In this document: positions 5,321-13,274 of the stretch, piece after piece
How positions within the stretch are numbered: position 1 is the stretch's first letter
How the letters are laid out: every line of letters starts with the position of its first letter
Origin: a virus
Virus record (IMG/VR): IMGVR_UViG_3300045988_044858
Coordinates: 1-36,557 of that record
Direction: 5' to 3' (one strand)
Length of the DNA stretch: 36,557 nucleotides
The notes under the pieces: model-generated
What the model saw: only the letters and a program-made list of their open reading frames with translations
The model's database searches: none
What the model was told of the DNA's origin: nothing
Translations under genes and position numbers: made by a program

Positions 5321-7711
5321 TCACAAAGATAGTAATTTTTTGCTTTCCTCGCTACCTTTACGGATATAAACTACTTGTTGACCGTATAATTTCGTTCTTT
5401 TTAACTTTCCTTTAAACCAGCCCTTCATTTGCCGTATCGCTGTTGCCAGTTCTCGTCCTTTCGCGCTTGTATAATCTTCTTTCTTGCGCCCCATGGCATC
5501 TACCCAAAGCTCCATCAGGCAGAACGTGTTTTTTTGAACTGTCCCAACCTCTTCCAGCGATCCGGCCAGAAAGTCCGCGCGTTGTTGTTCGGTGCGCTCT
5601 TCATAGTCAGCCGGGAAAAGCCTATCTACGTAGTTTTCTATAATACCTACTAGCGGGCTTTCTTCTGTAAATTCTTCGCGCCCCTCGTTGGCGATCGCTT
5701 CGGCTTCGTCAGACAAAACAAGGCTTTCACCCAGCATGTACAGTTCCATTGCTTCCGCCCAAAGTTGGTCTACTATTTTTTCGAAAGACTTTTCAAAAAG
5801 TTTGTGTGTGTTCTTATTAGCGCATACCTCGATCGGGAAGAAACGGCGGTTTCCGGTTTTGTCCTTCAAAAACTCATCATCATTGGTTGACCCGAAAAAT
5901 ACACATTGTCGGCGGTGTGTCTTGACGCGTCTAGCGTACGCGCTACGATACGTATCTTCGCGTTTGCTTATGAAGTTCTTAGTAGCCTCCACGTCCGAAC
6001 GGCGAAGGGCTGACAACTCGGCTAGCTCCACGATCCAGGCGTGCTGTATCGCTTCGTACGCTTTTTGGCCGGACACGTCCGTTAATGAATCGTTGAACCA
6101 ACCTTTCGAAAGCGCCTGTATAAGCGTGGACTTTCCCGCGCCCTGTCCTGAATACATAACCAAAGCCGTATCAAACTTGCAGCCTGGCTCATAAACTCTA
6201 GTAACGGCTGCAACTAACATTTTACGGAGCGCCTCGGAAACGTATATGCTAGGCTCTGCGCCCATGTAGTCAACTAAGAAATTATCTATCCGTTTCACTC
6301 CGTCCCAGCGTTGTGCCTCTAGATACTTCTTGATAGGGTGGAAAGCGTTTTCGCTGCAAACCTTTTCCAGTGCATCGTTTAATTTGCTGTCATTATAAAT
6401 ACCGTGCAAAGCCTCTATACGTCCACGGATAATCGCTACTGCTGTGTCGTCCAACATATCACCTTTCTTTATGTCCTTCGAGAAGAACGGTGTCCGGGTG
6501 TACACGATCGTGTCTAGGAACAAGTCGTAAGCTAATAGATCATTTAATAGCGGATCACACTTAAAAGCGTTAACGAAGTTGCGAACGGTACACAATTTAT
6601 CACCTTTGCGATCCAAGTCCCAGACCAGTTCCTCGGCGGTCTGCGCGTCGCTCTTAACCTCGTCCGTGTATTCTTCGAAGTCGGCTAGGTCGTCATCAAG
6701 CGATACCATATCCTTAACACATTCTTTATCGGCGCAAATTAGCTTGTTCATCTCGCGGGTACTGTCTTCCTTACCCAGGTGCCCGAACTTGTGCACACGT
6801 ACCAAATCGTAGGCGTTATAGGCGTGTCCGTCTCCGATAGGGTCGGTTGAGTGGTGGGAAAAACAAAGCACGTCATCATACACTACCAGCCCGGCAGCGC
6901 CTGATCCAAGAACGTATGTATAACGGCCGTTTTCCGCTTCTGTGTAAACGTCTGAAAGGTACTTGTCTATTGCTGCCTGTATCGTGTACGAGCGGCAAAA
7001 CGCGCCTACCAAACCCTCCTTATCGCGGGGGTCTTTTGCCATCTCCTTACTAATAACGGCGCGGGTATCACGTTCTACTTCTGAATGGAATGCCCATTTG
7101 CGCACGTCGCGCCATTCTTCGCTGTCTCCGTAAAGGCCGATAAGATACTCGGCGCTGATCGGCTCGCCTTCGAACACTTCGAATAGTCCGGTTTGGTCTT
7201 TGGAAAGAGATTGCCAGTACATCATACGTTCCGGCTGAAAGGTTGTTTTATCGAATAAATCAATACCTAACAACTCGGCTACTTTACGCGCCGCGGCTTC
7301 GTACATTGTAACGTCTGTAACCTCTTCTTTGAACGGCATAATAAGACGGTAACGGCGCGATCCGGGGCGGTCTGATCTAGTAGTGTAGATGGCAGCGGCT
7401 ACGCCCGGAAAACGATCTGCAAAATCGAATGGGAATAAATCGTCGCCAAAGTCTACATCTAGCGTAATCATAGAGCGGGACATAACCGCTTTCTTAAGTC
7501 TCTGTGGGCCGGAGAGCTCGCCAGCCATGAATCCGCCTACATCCTTCAAAGACGATTTAGCGGGCTTGTCCAGCCTGTCGAACTCGCGTACCGTTTCGTT
7601 AGTGATAACGGGCGTTCCTAGTCTTTCCAAAAATGCTTCCCAAGTCATACGTACGGCCTTCCATTTCAGAGACGCCGAAGAACCTGCAAGCGATAAGGTG
7701 TATTTTTCCAT
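5321..7711 (-). CDS. bifunctional primase-polymerase / SF3 (VirE/D5-like) helicase
   Basis: 796 aa. The N-terminal half carries an AEP-like acidic motif (ITLDVDFGDD) and SHHSTDP. The C-terminal half carries Walker A SGQGAGKST and Walker B-like WIVELAEL. The gene sits immediately after the DNA polymerase gene. Confidence 0.8.
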   Translation of the reverse strand: MEKYTLSLAGSSASLKWKAVRMTWEAFLERLGTPVITNETVREFDRLDKPAKSSLKDVGGFMAGELSGPQRLKKAVMSRSMITLDVDFGDDLFPFDFADRFPGVAAAIYTTRSDRPGSRRYRLIMPFKEEVTDVTMYEAAARKVAELLGIDLFDKTTFQPERMMYWQSLSKDQTGLFEVFEGEPISAEYLIGLYGDSEEWRDVRKWAFHSEVERDTRAVISKEMAKDPRDKEGLVGAFCRSYTIQAAIDKYLSDVYTEAENGRYTYVLGSGAAGLVVYDDVLCFSHHSTDPIGDGHAYNAYDLVRVHKFGHLGKEDSTREMNKLICADKECVKDMVSLDDDLADFEEYTDEVKSDAQTAEELVWDLDRKGDKLCTVRNFVNAFKCDPLLNDLLAYDLFLDTIVYTRTPFFSKDIKKGDMLDDTAVAIIRGRIEALHGIYNDSKLNDALEKVCSENAFHPIKKYLEAQRWDGVKRIDNFLVDYMGAEPSIYVSEALRKMLVAAVTRVYEPGCKFDTALVMYSGQGAGKSTLIQALSKGWFNDSLTDVSGQKAYEAIQHAWIVELAELSALRRSDVEATKNFISKREDTYRSAYARRVKTHRRQCVFFGSTNDDEFLKDKTGNRRFFPIEVCANKNTHKLFEKSFEKIVDQLWAEAMELYMLGESLVLSDEAEAIANEGREEFTEESPLVGIIENYVDRLFPADYEERTEQQRADFLAGSLEEVGTVQKNTFCLMELWVDAMGRKKEDYTSAKGRELATAIRQMKGWFKGKLKRTKLYGQQVVYIRKGSEESKKLLSL

Positions 7712-7712
7712 G

Positions 7713-9713
7713 TTAATCTTTCTTATAATAATTACTAGTGAATCCTTCTGCCTTCAACGGAATACCGAAAGCGTCCGCCCATTTTGGTGTAACTGCCATC
7801 GCTTCGCAAATCTCTTTAAGCGATACAGTTGGCTCGCCAAAATCGTCCAGGGGTACCTCGTTTACTGTTTCGTCATGGATATGTCCCACAATTTTAACAG
7901 ACGGGTAACGTTTTACGATTTCTTGCATACCATATGCCAGAAGGTCGCGGCTGACTGCCTGCGTTATATTTTCGGTTAGCTTTCCGCCGTATGTGTCTAG
8001 ATCTGCCCATTTTCCGGTAAGGTCTTGACCCTTGTATGTTATAACCTCTCTGTCTCGTCCGTTCACGCTTTTTGTGGCGATCCGGCAAAACGGGTAAAAC
8101 AAACGACGGCCCGAAGGTAATAAAATTGCTAGAGAATTGTTTTCTGTAAACCATTGAAATGTACAAACGTGTACGCCGTACCGGATAACCTCTACGTCTT
8201 TCTTGTTACGAATACAGAGTTTAGCCCGGCTGTCCAGGGCTTCCCAAAAATCAACTATTCGTGGAGAAGCTGCGCGCCATTTCAATATAATATCCTTGTA
8301 TAACGCCGGGTCAATTGCCTTTTCATAGTCCATCGTAGACATAGCACCTACCCAACCACCGTAACCTAGAGCCAGCTCTGTTACTTTGCCCTGTTGGCGG
8401 TAATGAGTGCCTTTGCCGCATTGATCCTCGGGCAAACTAAATGTCATACTTGCAGACACTACATATATATCTTTCCCGTTGCGGAACGCTTCAATACGCC
8501 AATCTTCACGGCATAGGCACGCCAGTACACGGGCTTCGATGGCTGAATAGTCGGCGACATGGAATATAGTTCCCCTTGGAGCTACAAACGTTGTTCTGAT
8601 AAGCTGCGATAACGTGTCAGGTACATTTCCCCAGAACGTTTCGAAGTCTGCCAAACACATGTGCTTAACATTATCACGTGCGCCGTCCAGATCATGTATG
8701 TAGTTACGTGGTAGGTTCTGCATTTGGACTAGTCTACCCGCCCATCTGCCAGTACGCCCCGCGCCATAGAAACGGTACAAACCGTGTACACGTCCATCGA
8801 AGCACACGCAATTGCACATGGCTGTATATTTGGCGTTGCTAGTTTTGTTTATGATCTTCCGGGCGTTCAGTACCTCGTCTACCCGCTCGTTGTCGCACTC
8901 CTGCATAATATCCTCTATGTCCTCTTTGCGGAACGAATCAAAAGACTTTCCAGTATTGATTAGAACAAAGTCCTTTAATTGCATTGTAGACTTTAGAGAG
9001 GATATGCCGTACTTAGTTTTAATACGATTCTTAAGAGTTTCGCAAAATTCCTCGTTGAGGGCGTCCGCCCGTTCCGCTAGTTCCATATCCACGGCTATGC
9101 CGTTGTCGTTTATGTCCTGGTCCAGCCTGTACAGGTCTATTTCCGACTGTGGGAAATTGCAATAGTCTAGGCGCGTCAGTGCTTCACGTTCTGATAAGAC
9201 ATCATATCGTAGGTAGTCTATAAATTCCTCCCACTTTTCCGGATAATCTTTTGACAAGTTCCGGTACTCTTCCGGTTTCGCTCTAGTCGGTTTTTGCGGC
9301 TGACAGAAGAATTTTATAAGGGCTAGACCCGTGCCCTTTTTCCCTTCTTTCAAGTCCAGTGCTTTGGAAAGGTTTCCCAGGCTCTCCGGGAACCCAGCGT
9401 ATAATGCCATAGTTGCGGTACATAGGAAACGCTCCGCGGGAATGTCTACCTTATACGCCTTCAAACACAGGCGTTCAAACTGCGCGTTATGCGCCACGAT
9501 CGTATATTGGGGTGACGAGATGAGACGAGCGAAAGCGGCAAATTTTATGATCGATCCGGGCTGTGTCATATCTATAATATTTACGTCTCCGTCTTCGATC
9601 GCATAACCTATCAAAAGTATTTCAAAGTCGGGCGATTGCGTATATCTGTACGCGCCGCCTGCCTTAATGTCCTCGCTTGAATAAGTTTCAAAATCTATAT
9701 AAATTGGTTTCAT
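7713..9713 (-). CDS. family A DNA polymerase (Pol I-like, with 3'-5' exonuclease domain)
   Basis: 666 aa. The N-terminal exonuclease region starts IDFETYS and contains HNAQFE. The polymerase motifs are RQQGKVTELALGYGG (motif B) and VGHIHDE (motif C). Confidence 0.9.
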   Translation of the reverse strand: MKPIYIDFETYSSEDIKAGGAYRYTQSPDFEILLIGYAIEDGDVNIIDMTQPGSIIKFAAFARLISSPQYTIVAHNAQFERLCLKAYKVDIPAERFLCTATMALYAGFPESLGNLSKALDLKEGKKGTGLALIKFFCQPQKPTRAKPEEYRNLSKDYPEKWEEFIDYLRYDVLSEREALTRLDYCNFPQSEIDLYRLDQDINDNGIAVDMELAERADALNEEFCETLKNRIKTKYGISSLKSTMQLKDFVLINTGKSFDSFRKEDIEDIMQECDNERVDEVLNARKIINKTSNAKYTAMCNCVCFDGRVHGLYRFYGAGRTGRWAGRLVQMQNLPRNYIHDLDGARDNVKHMCLADFETFWGNVPDTLSQLIRTTFVAPRGTIFHVADYSAIEARVLACLCREDWRIEAFRNGKDIYVVSASMTFSLPEDQCGKGTHYRQQGKVTELALGYGGWVGAMSTMDYEKAIDPALYKDIILKWRAASPRIVDFWEALDSRAKLCIRNKKDVEVIRYGVHVCTFQWFTENNSLAILLPSGRRLFYPFCRIATKSVNGRDREVITYKGQDLTGKWADLDTYGGKLTENITQAVSRDLLAYGMQEIVKRYPSVKIVGHIHDETVNEVPLDDFGEPTVSLKEICEAMAVTPKWADAFGIPLKAEGFTSNYYKKD

Positions 9714-9737
9714 GTCTTTTTAGGGGTTTTTAAAGTT

Positions 9738-9769
9738 AAAGCCGTGCCGAGTAGAAGCGGCACGGCTTT
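9738..9769 (-). terminator. hairpin terminator or attenuator between the SSB-like and polymerase genes
   Basis: A perfect 12-bp stem, aaagccgtgccg / cggcacggcttt, with an 8-nt loop. A/T runs on both flanks would allow it to act in either direction. Confidence 0.55.
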
Positions 9770-9843
9770 TGAGAATCATTTTACACTTGTTTTAACGAGA
9801 TTGATTAATAATTAATTTAATTGTTTATACTTGAAATAATTGT

Positions 9844-10419
9844 TTAAAATGGAACGTTCATTCCGAATGGGTCGTCGTTTTCATCGCTTAAATCTTCGAA
9901 GTCGTTGACACTTGATCCGCCGTCCAGTCTATCGTCATCAGTTACTTTCTGAATTCCGTTTAATCCGGCTGTTATACCGCGGTTGTCGGCGCTCATGTTG
10001 TAACCGTAGATTGAGATGGAAGCTACTCCCCAAGAGCCGGAATACATATCCTCTTTCACTGTGATCGGGCGTTTACCTTTGTCGATTACGATCGGTTGCC
10101 CATGCTCCTCTTTGCGCTTCGCGGTAATGTAGTACATACCTTCAAACCCGGCTTGCCCTTCTTTTTCGGGGTCGTCACCATCCTTCAACGGGCTTTTGAA
10201 ATTGGCGGGTACTTGTCCCTTGAATTTAGGATCTTTTGCAAAATATTCCTGTGCTTCTGCCTTGACCGCGTCGTTAATTTGCTTAACTAGGGCGGTGTCT
10301 GTTTTGGGAATCAAAAGAACAACACTGTAATGAAAATCCCCTACTCCGTTGAATTGTTCTGCCTCGAAAACTCTTACATAAGAGAAACGTACGTTTTTTA
10401 AGATCAATTTTCTGCTCAT
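9844..10419 (-). CDS. DUF2815-family phage single-stranded DNA-binding-like protein
   Basis: 191 aa with VRFSYVRVFE, LIPKTD, SPLKDGDD, YSGSWG, NRGITAGLNGIQK and an acidic tail ending DDPF. This closely matches the DUF2815 pattern found next to DUF2800. Confidence 0.82.
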   Translation of the reverse strand: MSRKLILKNVRFSYVRVFEAEQFNGVGDFHYSVVLLIPKTDTALVKQINDAVKAEAQEYFAKDPKFKGQVPANFKSPLKDGDDPEKEGQAGFEGMYYITAKRKEEHGQPIVIDKGKRPITVKEDMYSGSWGVASISIYGYNMSADNRGITAGLNGIQKVTDDDRLDGGSSVNDFEDLSDENDDPFGMNVPF

Positions 10420-10459
10420 AATTTTTAAGATTTTAATTTGTTATTTTTCTAACACGGTT

Positions 10460-10489
10460 CAAAGATATTGCTTTATTTTAGACTTCAAA
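10460..10489 (-). promoter_or_regulatory. Bacteroidota-type promoter: TTTG-N18-TATCTTTG
   Basis: The minus strand reads acggTTTGaagtctaaaataaagcaaTATCTTTGaacc, upstream of the DUF2815 gene. Confidence 0.65.
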
Positions 10490-10525
10490 CCGTTTATACA
10501 TTCTTTAATTGTTTTTTAACTTCTG

Positions 10526-11689
10526 TTAGCCTTCGATGTCGAAGTCACAAAGCGGGTTATATTCCACACCCTTAGCACTTTCCGGTACTAGTTTAGGTGC
10601 GCCGGGCCGCGATTCGATCGCGTCTCCAAATCTTGCGCTAAATACCTTTTTGCCTACCAGCTTCTCGAGATCTCCGATACCTTTTAACTTGATGTTTAGT
10701 ACTTCGTCCTCCAGGAACTCGTTTAAGAGCGCTTGACGTATTTTCGCCTCGTCCTTGATAACTCGGCTCGACCGTCCGGCTACTAGCTTGTAGCCCTCCC
10801 ATTTATGCCCCTGTATCGCTCTATCGTAGACGTACTTATTTACTGATTCGATCCAGCTTTTGTAAGTGTCGATCTTACCAATAAGGTCTGTTACTTCCTC
10901 GTCAGACAATAACAGTGGTTCGGGCTTTTCGTCGAAGTCTGCAAGAATTGCGTCACGTTGCGCCCTGCATTGGGCTTTAACCGGACAGAATTGGCACCAA
11001 CTTCCAATAACCTGTTTCCCTTCGCCATGTATTGCCGCTTTTGCGGCCGGTTTCAGGACTTTCTCCGCCCAATCAAGTAACTCACCCTTTGACATCTCAA
11101 ACGTGTCGTAGTGGTCTAATCTGACTTGTGCGATTGTCATTCTAATATTGGTTATGTCCTTCGACGCTGCCGCCTTCAAAGCTCCCAGAGCATACAACAT
11201 CATTTGTTCGTTGTAATCGGCTGTTACCTTAACGCCTGCGCCGTACTTCAGATCTATAATGTGTATTGCCTTGTCAGATGATAGTGTTACGTCTACCGAT
11301 CCGAACGAATCAGGTGCATAATCGGTAACGTCTACTTTACGTTCTAGGAACATCTGGCACGCGCCATCCTGTTTTTGCATCTCGTAACCTTCACCGATAA
11401 CGTATTCGCAATAGTCGCGAATGTAATTCGCCATATCAATACTAAACAGCGGGTTTTTAAGATGTTCGTCTTTGATTGGCAGGGCTTCGTCTATGATAGG
11501 ATCATAAGCACCGTTCAGATACTGTGTCAAAGCATGTTCGGCTATTTCGTGGGCTAGTGTGCCCTCTTCGGCGTAAACGCTTGACTTGCCGCCTGCGGCT
11601 TCCGCTAGTAGCGCCGACGGAGTACAATGTATCCATCGTTTCGCGCTACTTGGCGATAAAATCGCGTGTTCTCTATCCGCGTGTCTCAT
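10526..11689 (-). CDS. DUF2800-family PD-(D/E)xK (Cas4-like) nuclease
   Basis: 387 aa with HAILSPSSAKRWIHCTPS at the N-terminus, EGTLAHE, DLKYG, and a C-terminal Cys cluster CQFCPVKAQC. Confidence 0.82.
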   Translation of the reverse strand: MRHADREHAILSPSSAKRWIHCTPSALLAEAAGGKSSVYAEEGTLAHEIAEHALTQYLNGAYDPIIDEALPIKDEHLKNPLFSIDMANYIRDYCEYVIGEGYEMQKQDGACQMFLERKVDVTDYAPDSFGSVDVTLSSDKAIHIIDLKYGAGVKVTADYNEQMMLYALGALKAAASKDITNIRMTIAQVRLDHYDTFEMSKGELLDWAEKVLKPAAKAAIHGEGKQVIGSWCQFCPVKAQCRAQRDAILADFDEKPEPLLLSDEEVTDLIGKIDTYKSWIESVNKYVYDRAIQGHKWEGYKLVAGRSSRVIKDEAKIRQALLNEFLEDEVLNIKLKGIGDLEKLVGKKVFSARFGDAIESRPGAPKLVPESAKGVEYNPLCDFDIEG

Positions 11690-12216
11690 TATAGACGGCT
11701 TGAAATGTATGCAACAAAATCGTTAAACATCTCCTCCTTCAAGGTTGGGAAACTGGACGCGCCTACGCTTCCAAAAGCTTCTTGTACAATCGGGCGTTTC
11801 TTTGCGTTTAGCGCTTTCATAGCCCATGATTTACAATCGTCGATAGTATAAGACGCTGCATCCGTTTTAGGCGCTTCTACCTTTACGGGTTCTTCTACCT
11901 TTACGGGTTCTTCTACCTTTACGGGTTCTTCTGCTGGTGCAGGCTCTTCTGCTGGTGCAGGCTCTTCGCTCGGTGCAGGCTTCGCGGCTCGTTTAGCACG
12001 GGTCTTGGCGCGCTCTGCTTCCATCAATAGCGGCAAGCAAACTTCTTCGTCCTTCGCCTTTGTTGCTTCTACAACCGCGTCCGCTAACTTGTCAAGATCG
12101 GTTTTACGTTCCGTTACTTCTGGTACGGCTTCTCCCGCCAGCTCGCGCAAATAGTTGGAAGTTGCTAACAATTCCTTCACACTCTCATTTCCGATTAATT
12201 CGATTACTACTTTCAT
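11689..12216 (-). CDS. hypothetical protein with a Pro/Glu-rich hexapeptide repeat linker
   Basis: 175-aa ORF. Its centre is SEEPAPAEEPAPAEEPVKVEEPVKVEEPVKVE, encoded by six 18-bp tandem units. Confidence 0.7.
   Translation of the reverse strand: MKVVIELIGNESVKELLATSNYLRELAGEAVPEVTERKTDLDKLADAVVEATKAKDEEVCLPLLMEAERAKTRAKRAAKPAPSEEPAPAEEPAPAEEPVKVEEPVKVEEPVKVEAPKTDAASYTIDDCKSWAMKALNAKKRPIVQEAFGSVGASSFPTLKEEMFNDFVAYISSRL
11875..11982 (-). repeat. six in-frame 18-bp tandem units inside a CDS
   Basis: Three copies of ttctacctttacgggttc (EEPVKV), then two copies of ttctgctggtgcaggctc (EEPAPA), then one degenerate unit. Confidence 0.9.
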
Positions 12217-12392
12217 TTTTTCTTAAAATTAAAAATTGTTTCTAATAATTCATTTTTGCTCACTCTGATCTTGCCCGTTCCATTTTCGTACCGGGTGAGC
12301 TTTCCGGCGTTAAGTTGGTAGCGTATGGCGTTTTCGGTGCACTCCGCTAACCGGGCGGCTTCTGCCACTGTGATAAGTTCTACTTTTTCCAT
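12213..12392 (-). CDS. excisionase/MerR-type helix-turn-helix DNA-binding protein (59 aa, below the track cutoff)
   Basis: My translation is MEKVELITVAEAARLAECTENAIRYQLNAGKLTRYENGTGKIRVSKNELLETIFNFKKK, which shows the HTH_17-like pattern. It has an ATGA overlap with the next gene. Confidence 0.6.
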   Translation of the reverse strand: MEKVELITVAEAARLAECTENAIRYQLNAGKLTRYENGTGKIRVSKNELLETIFNFKKK

Positions 12393-12709
12393 TTCATTTT
12401 CTCATTAAATTTAAAACTCAATTTGTCAGACGTTCGATAAGTTTGTACGTGATCGGAGTACGCGGCGCGCCGGGCCTGCTCGAAAATAGTTTCGTAACGT
12501 TTGGCGTGTGGAATTATAAAGCCCCGGATTTTATACTTAAACTTTTTTCCGGCCTCTTCTTCTCGTTGCAAATCATCGAACACCATTTTCGAGTTGCCCG
12601 GATAGCCATATAGCATTGTAGCCTCGCCTATCGTTTTGCACGCTGTAATCCTCTCCCGTATAATCTTGTAAAAGAACGCTTCTAATTTATAAATGTCTAT
12701 TGATGCCAT
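12380..12709 (-). CDS. hypothetical protein, first gene of the early unit
   Basis: 109-aa ORF directly downstream of promoter 12786-12815. Confidence 0.65.
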   Translation of the reverse strand: MASIDIYKLEAFFYKIIRERITACKTIGEATMLYGYPGNSKMVFDDLQREEEAGKKFKYKIRGFIIPHAKRYETIFEQARRAAYSDHVQTYRTSDKLSFKFNEKMKWKK

Positions 12710-12785
12710 ATCTAGTAATGTTTAAAACGATTCTCCGGTATCGGAATAGTTCAACAAATTTAGTTGGTTTCTCATTTCGACGTGA

Positions 12786-12815
12786 CAAAGGTAAGGCTTT
12801 GTTTTGAACTACAAA
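12786..12815 (-). promoter_or_regulatory. Bacteroidota-type promoter: TTTG-N18-TACCTTTG, heading the early unit
   Basis: The minus strand reads agTTTTGtagttcaaaacaaagcctTACCTTTGtcacg. A second possible -7 box, TAAATTTG, lies at 12755-12762. Confidence 0.6.
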
Positions 12816-12916
12816 ACTATTTCCCAAAAAACTTTAGTATTTTAACCCTGATTAACTGTTTTGAAGGTTTGATAACGGTGTAAATGATGAATAGCCCTTT
12901 TTAAGCGGATCTTTTA

Positions 12917-12951
12917 CACCTTAACTAATTGCGTATCAGTTAGTTAAGGTG
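12917..12951. other. perfect 12-bp inverted repeat with an 11-nt spacer, overlapping an iteron
   Basis: caccttaactaa-ttgcgtatcag-ttagttaaggtg. The left arm overlaps the ATCTTTTACAC site at 12909-12919. Confidence 0.8.
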
Positions 12952-13095
12952 GCGAAAACAGGGAAATGCATAAGATGTAAAGGTGTTTTCCATATAGTTT
13001 ATATTTAAATATTTCTATAAATTCATTCACATATTAATTCATATATTTACATATATTATAGATTATCTAATATTTATCTGTCAGCTCTATATAAC

Positions 13096-13198
13096 ATCTT
13101 TACATCTTTTACAAATGATATATATTATATGATAAAGTACTAGTTATTAGTGAGTTAAGTGTAAAAGATACAAATTTTAATCGTTTACATGCAAAAAC
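13096..13198. repeat. 103-bp dispersed repeat, copy R1
   Basis: It aligns with 32483-32584 at about 86 of 103 positions by eye. It includes identical blocks atctttacatcttttacaaat and gtgtaaaagatacaaattttaa with the same 56-bp iteron spacing. Confidence 0.85.
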
Positions 13199-13274
13199 GC
13201 CAACTCATTAAGAATCAGCGTTTTAAGTTTTCAAGTGTAAAAGATGGAAGGGCGTTTATGAAAGATGAAAGGCA

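Larger units (their letters stand above)
12879..13245. promoter_or_regulatory. iteron cluster R1: five or more TGTAAA[A/T]GAT sites around an AT-rich core
   Basis: Sites are at 12879-12888 (+), 12909-12918 (-), 13104-13113 (-), 13160-13169 (+) and 13236-13245 (+). There is a 9/10 match at 12667-12676 and a degenerate site at 12976-12985. Confidence 0.6.

Noticed and set aside
9776-9787. atcattttacac (coding strand GTGTAAAATGAT) next to the 9738-9769 hairpin, as an extra iteron
   Set aside because: It differs from the TGTAAA[A/T]GAT family by a one-base insertion and is a single isolated copy, so it may be chance. It is worth including in a formal motif scan.
11875-11982. Possible CRISPR-like array, because of regularly repeated 18-bp units
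   Set aside because: The units are contiguous with no spacers, are in frame within a CDS, and encode a hexapeptide repeat. No cas genes are present anywhere.
13194-13224. aaaacgc-N17-gcgtttt as the terminator of the late unit
   Set aside because: It has only a 7-bp AT-rich stem with a 17-nt loop, so predicted stability is low. I therefore do not call it as a feature. The true late terminator remains unidentified.
12710-13274. tRNA or other structured RNA genes in the two ORF-free regions (also 32223-32826)
   Set aside because: I found no cloverleaf-compatible arms and no GTTCRAnnC T-loop signature by eye. A dedicated scan (tRNAscan-SE, Infernal) was not possible, so this is a weak negative.
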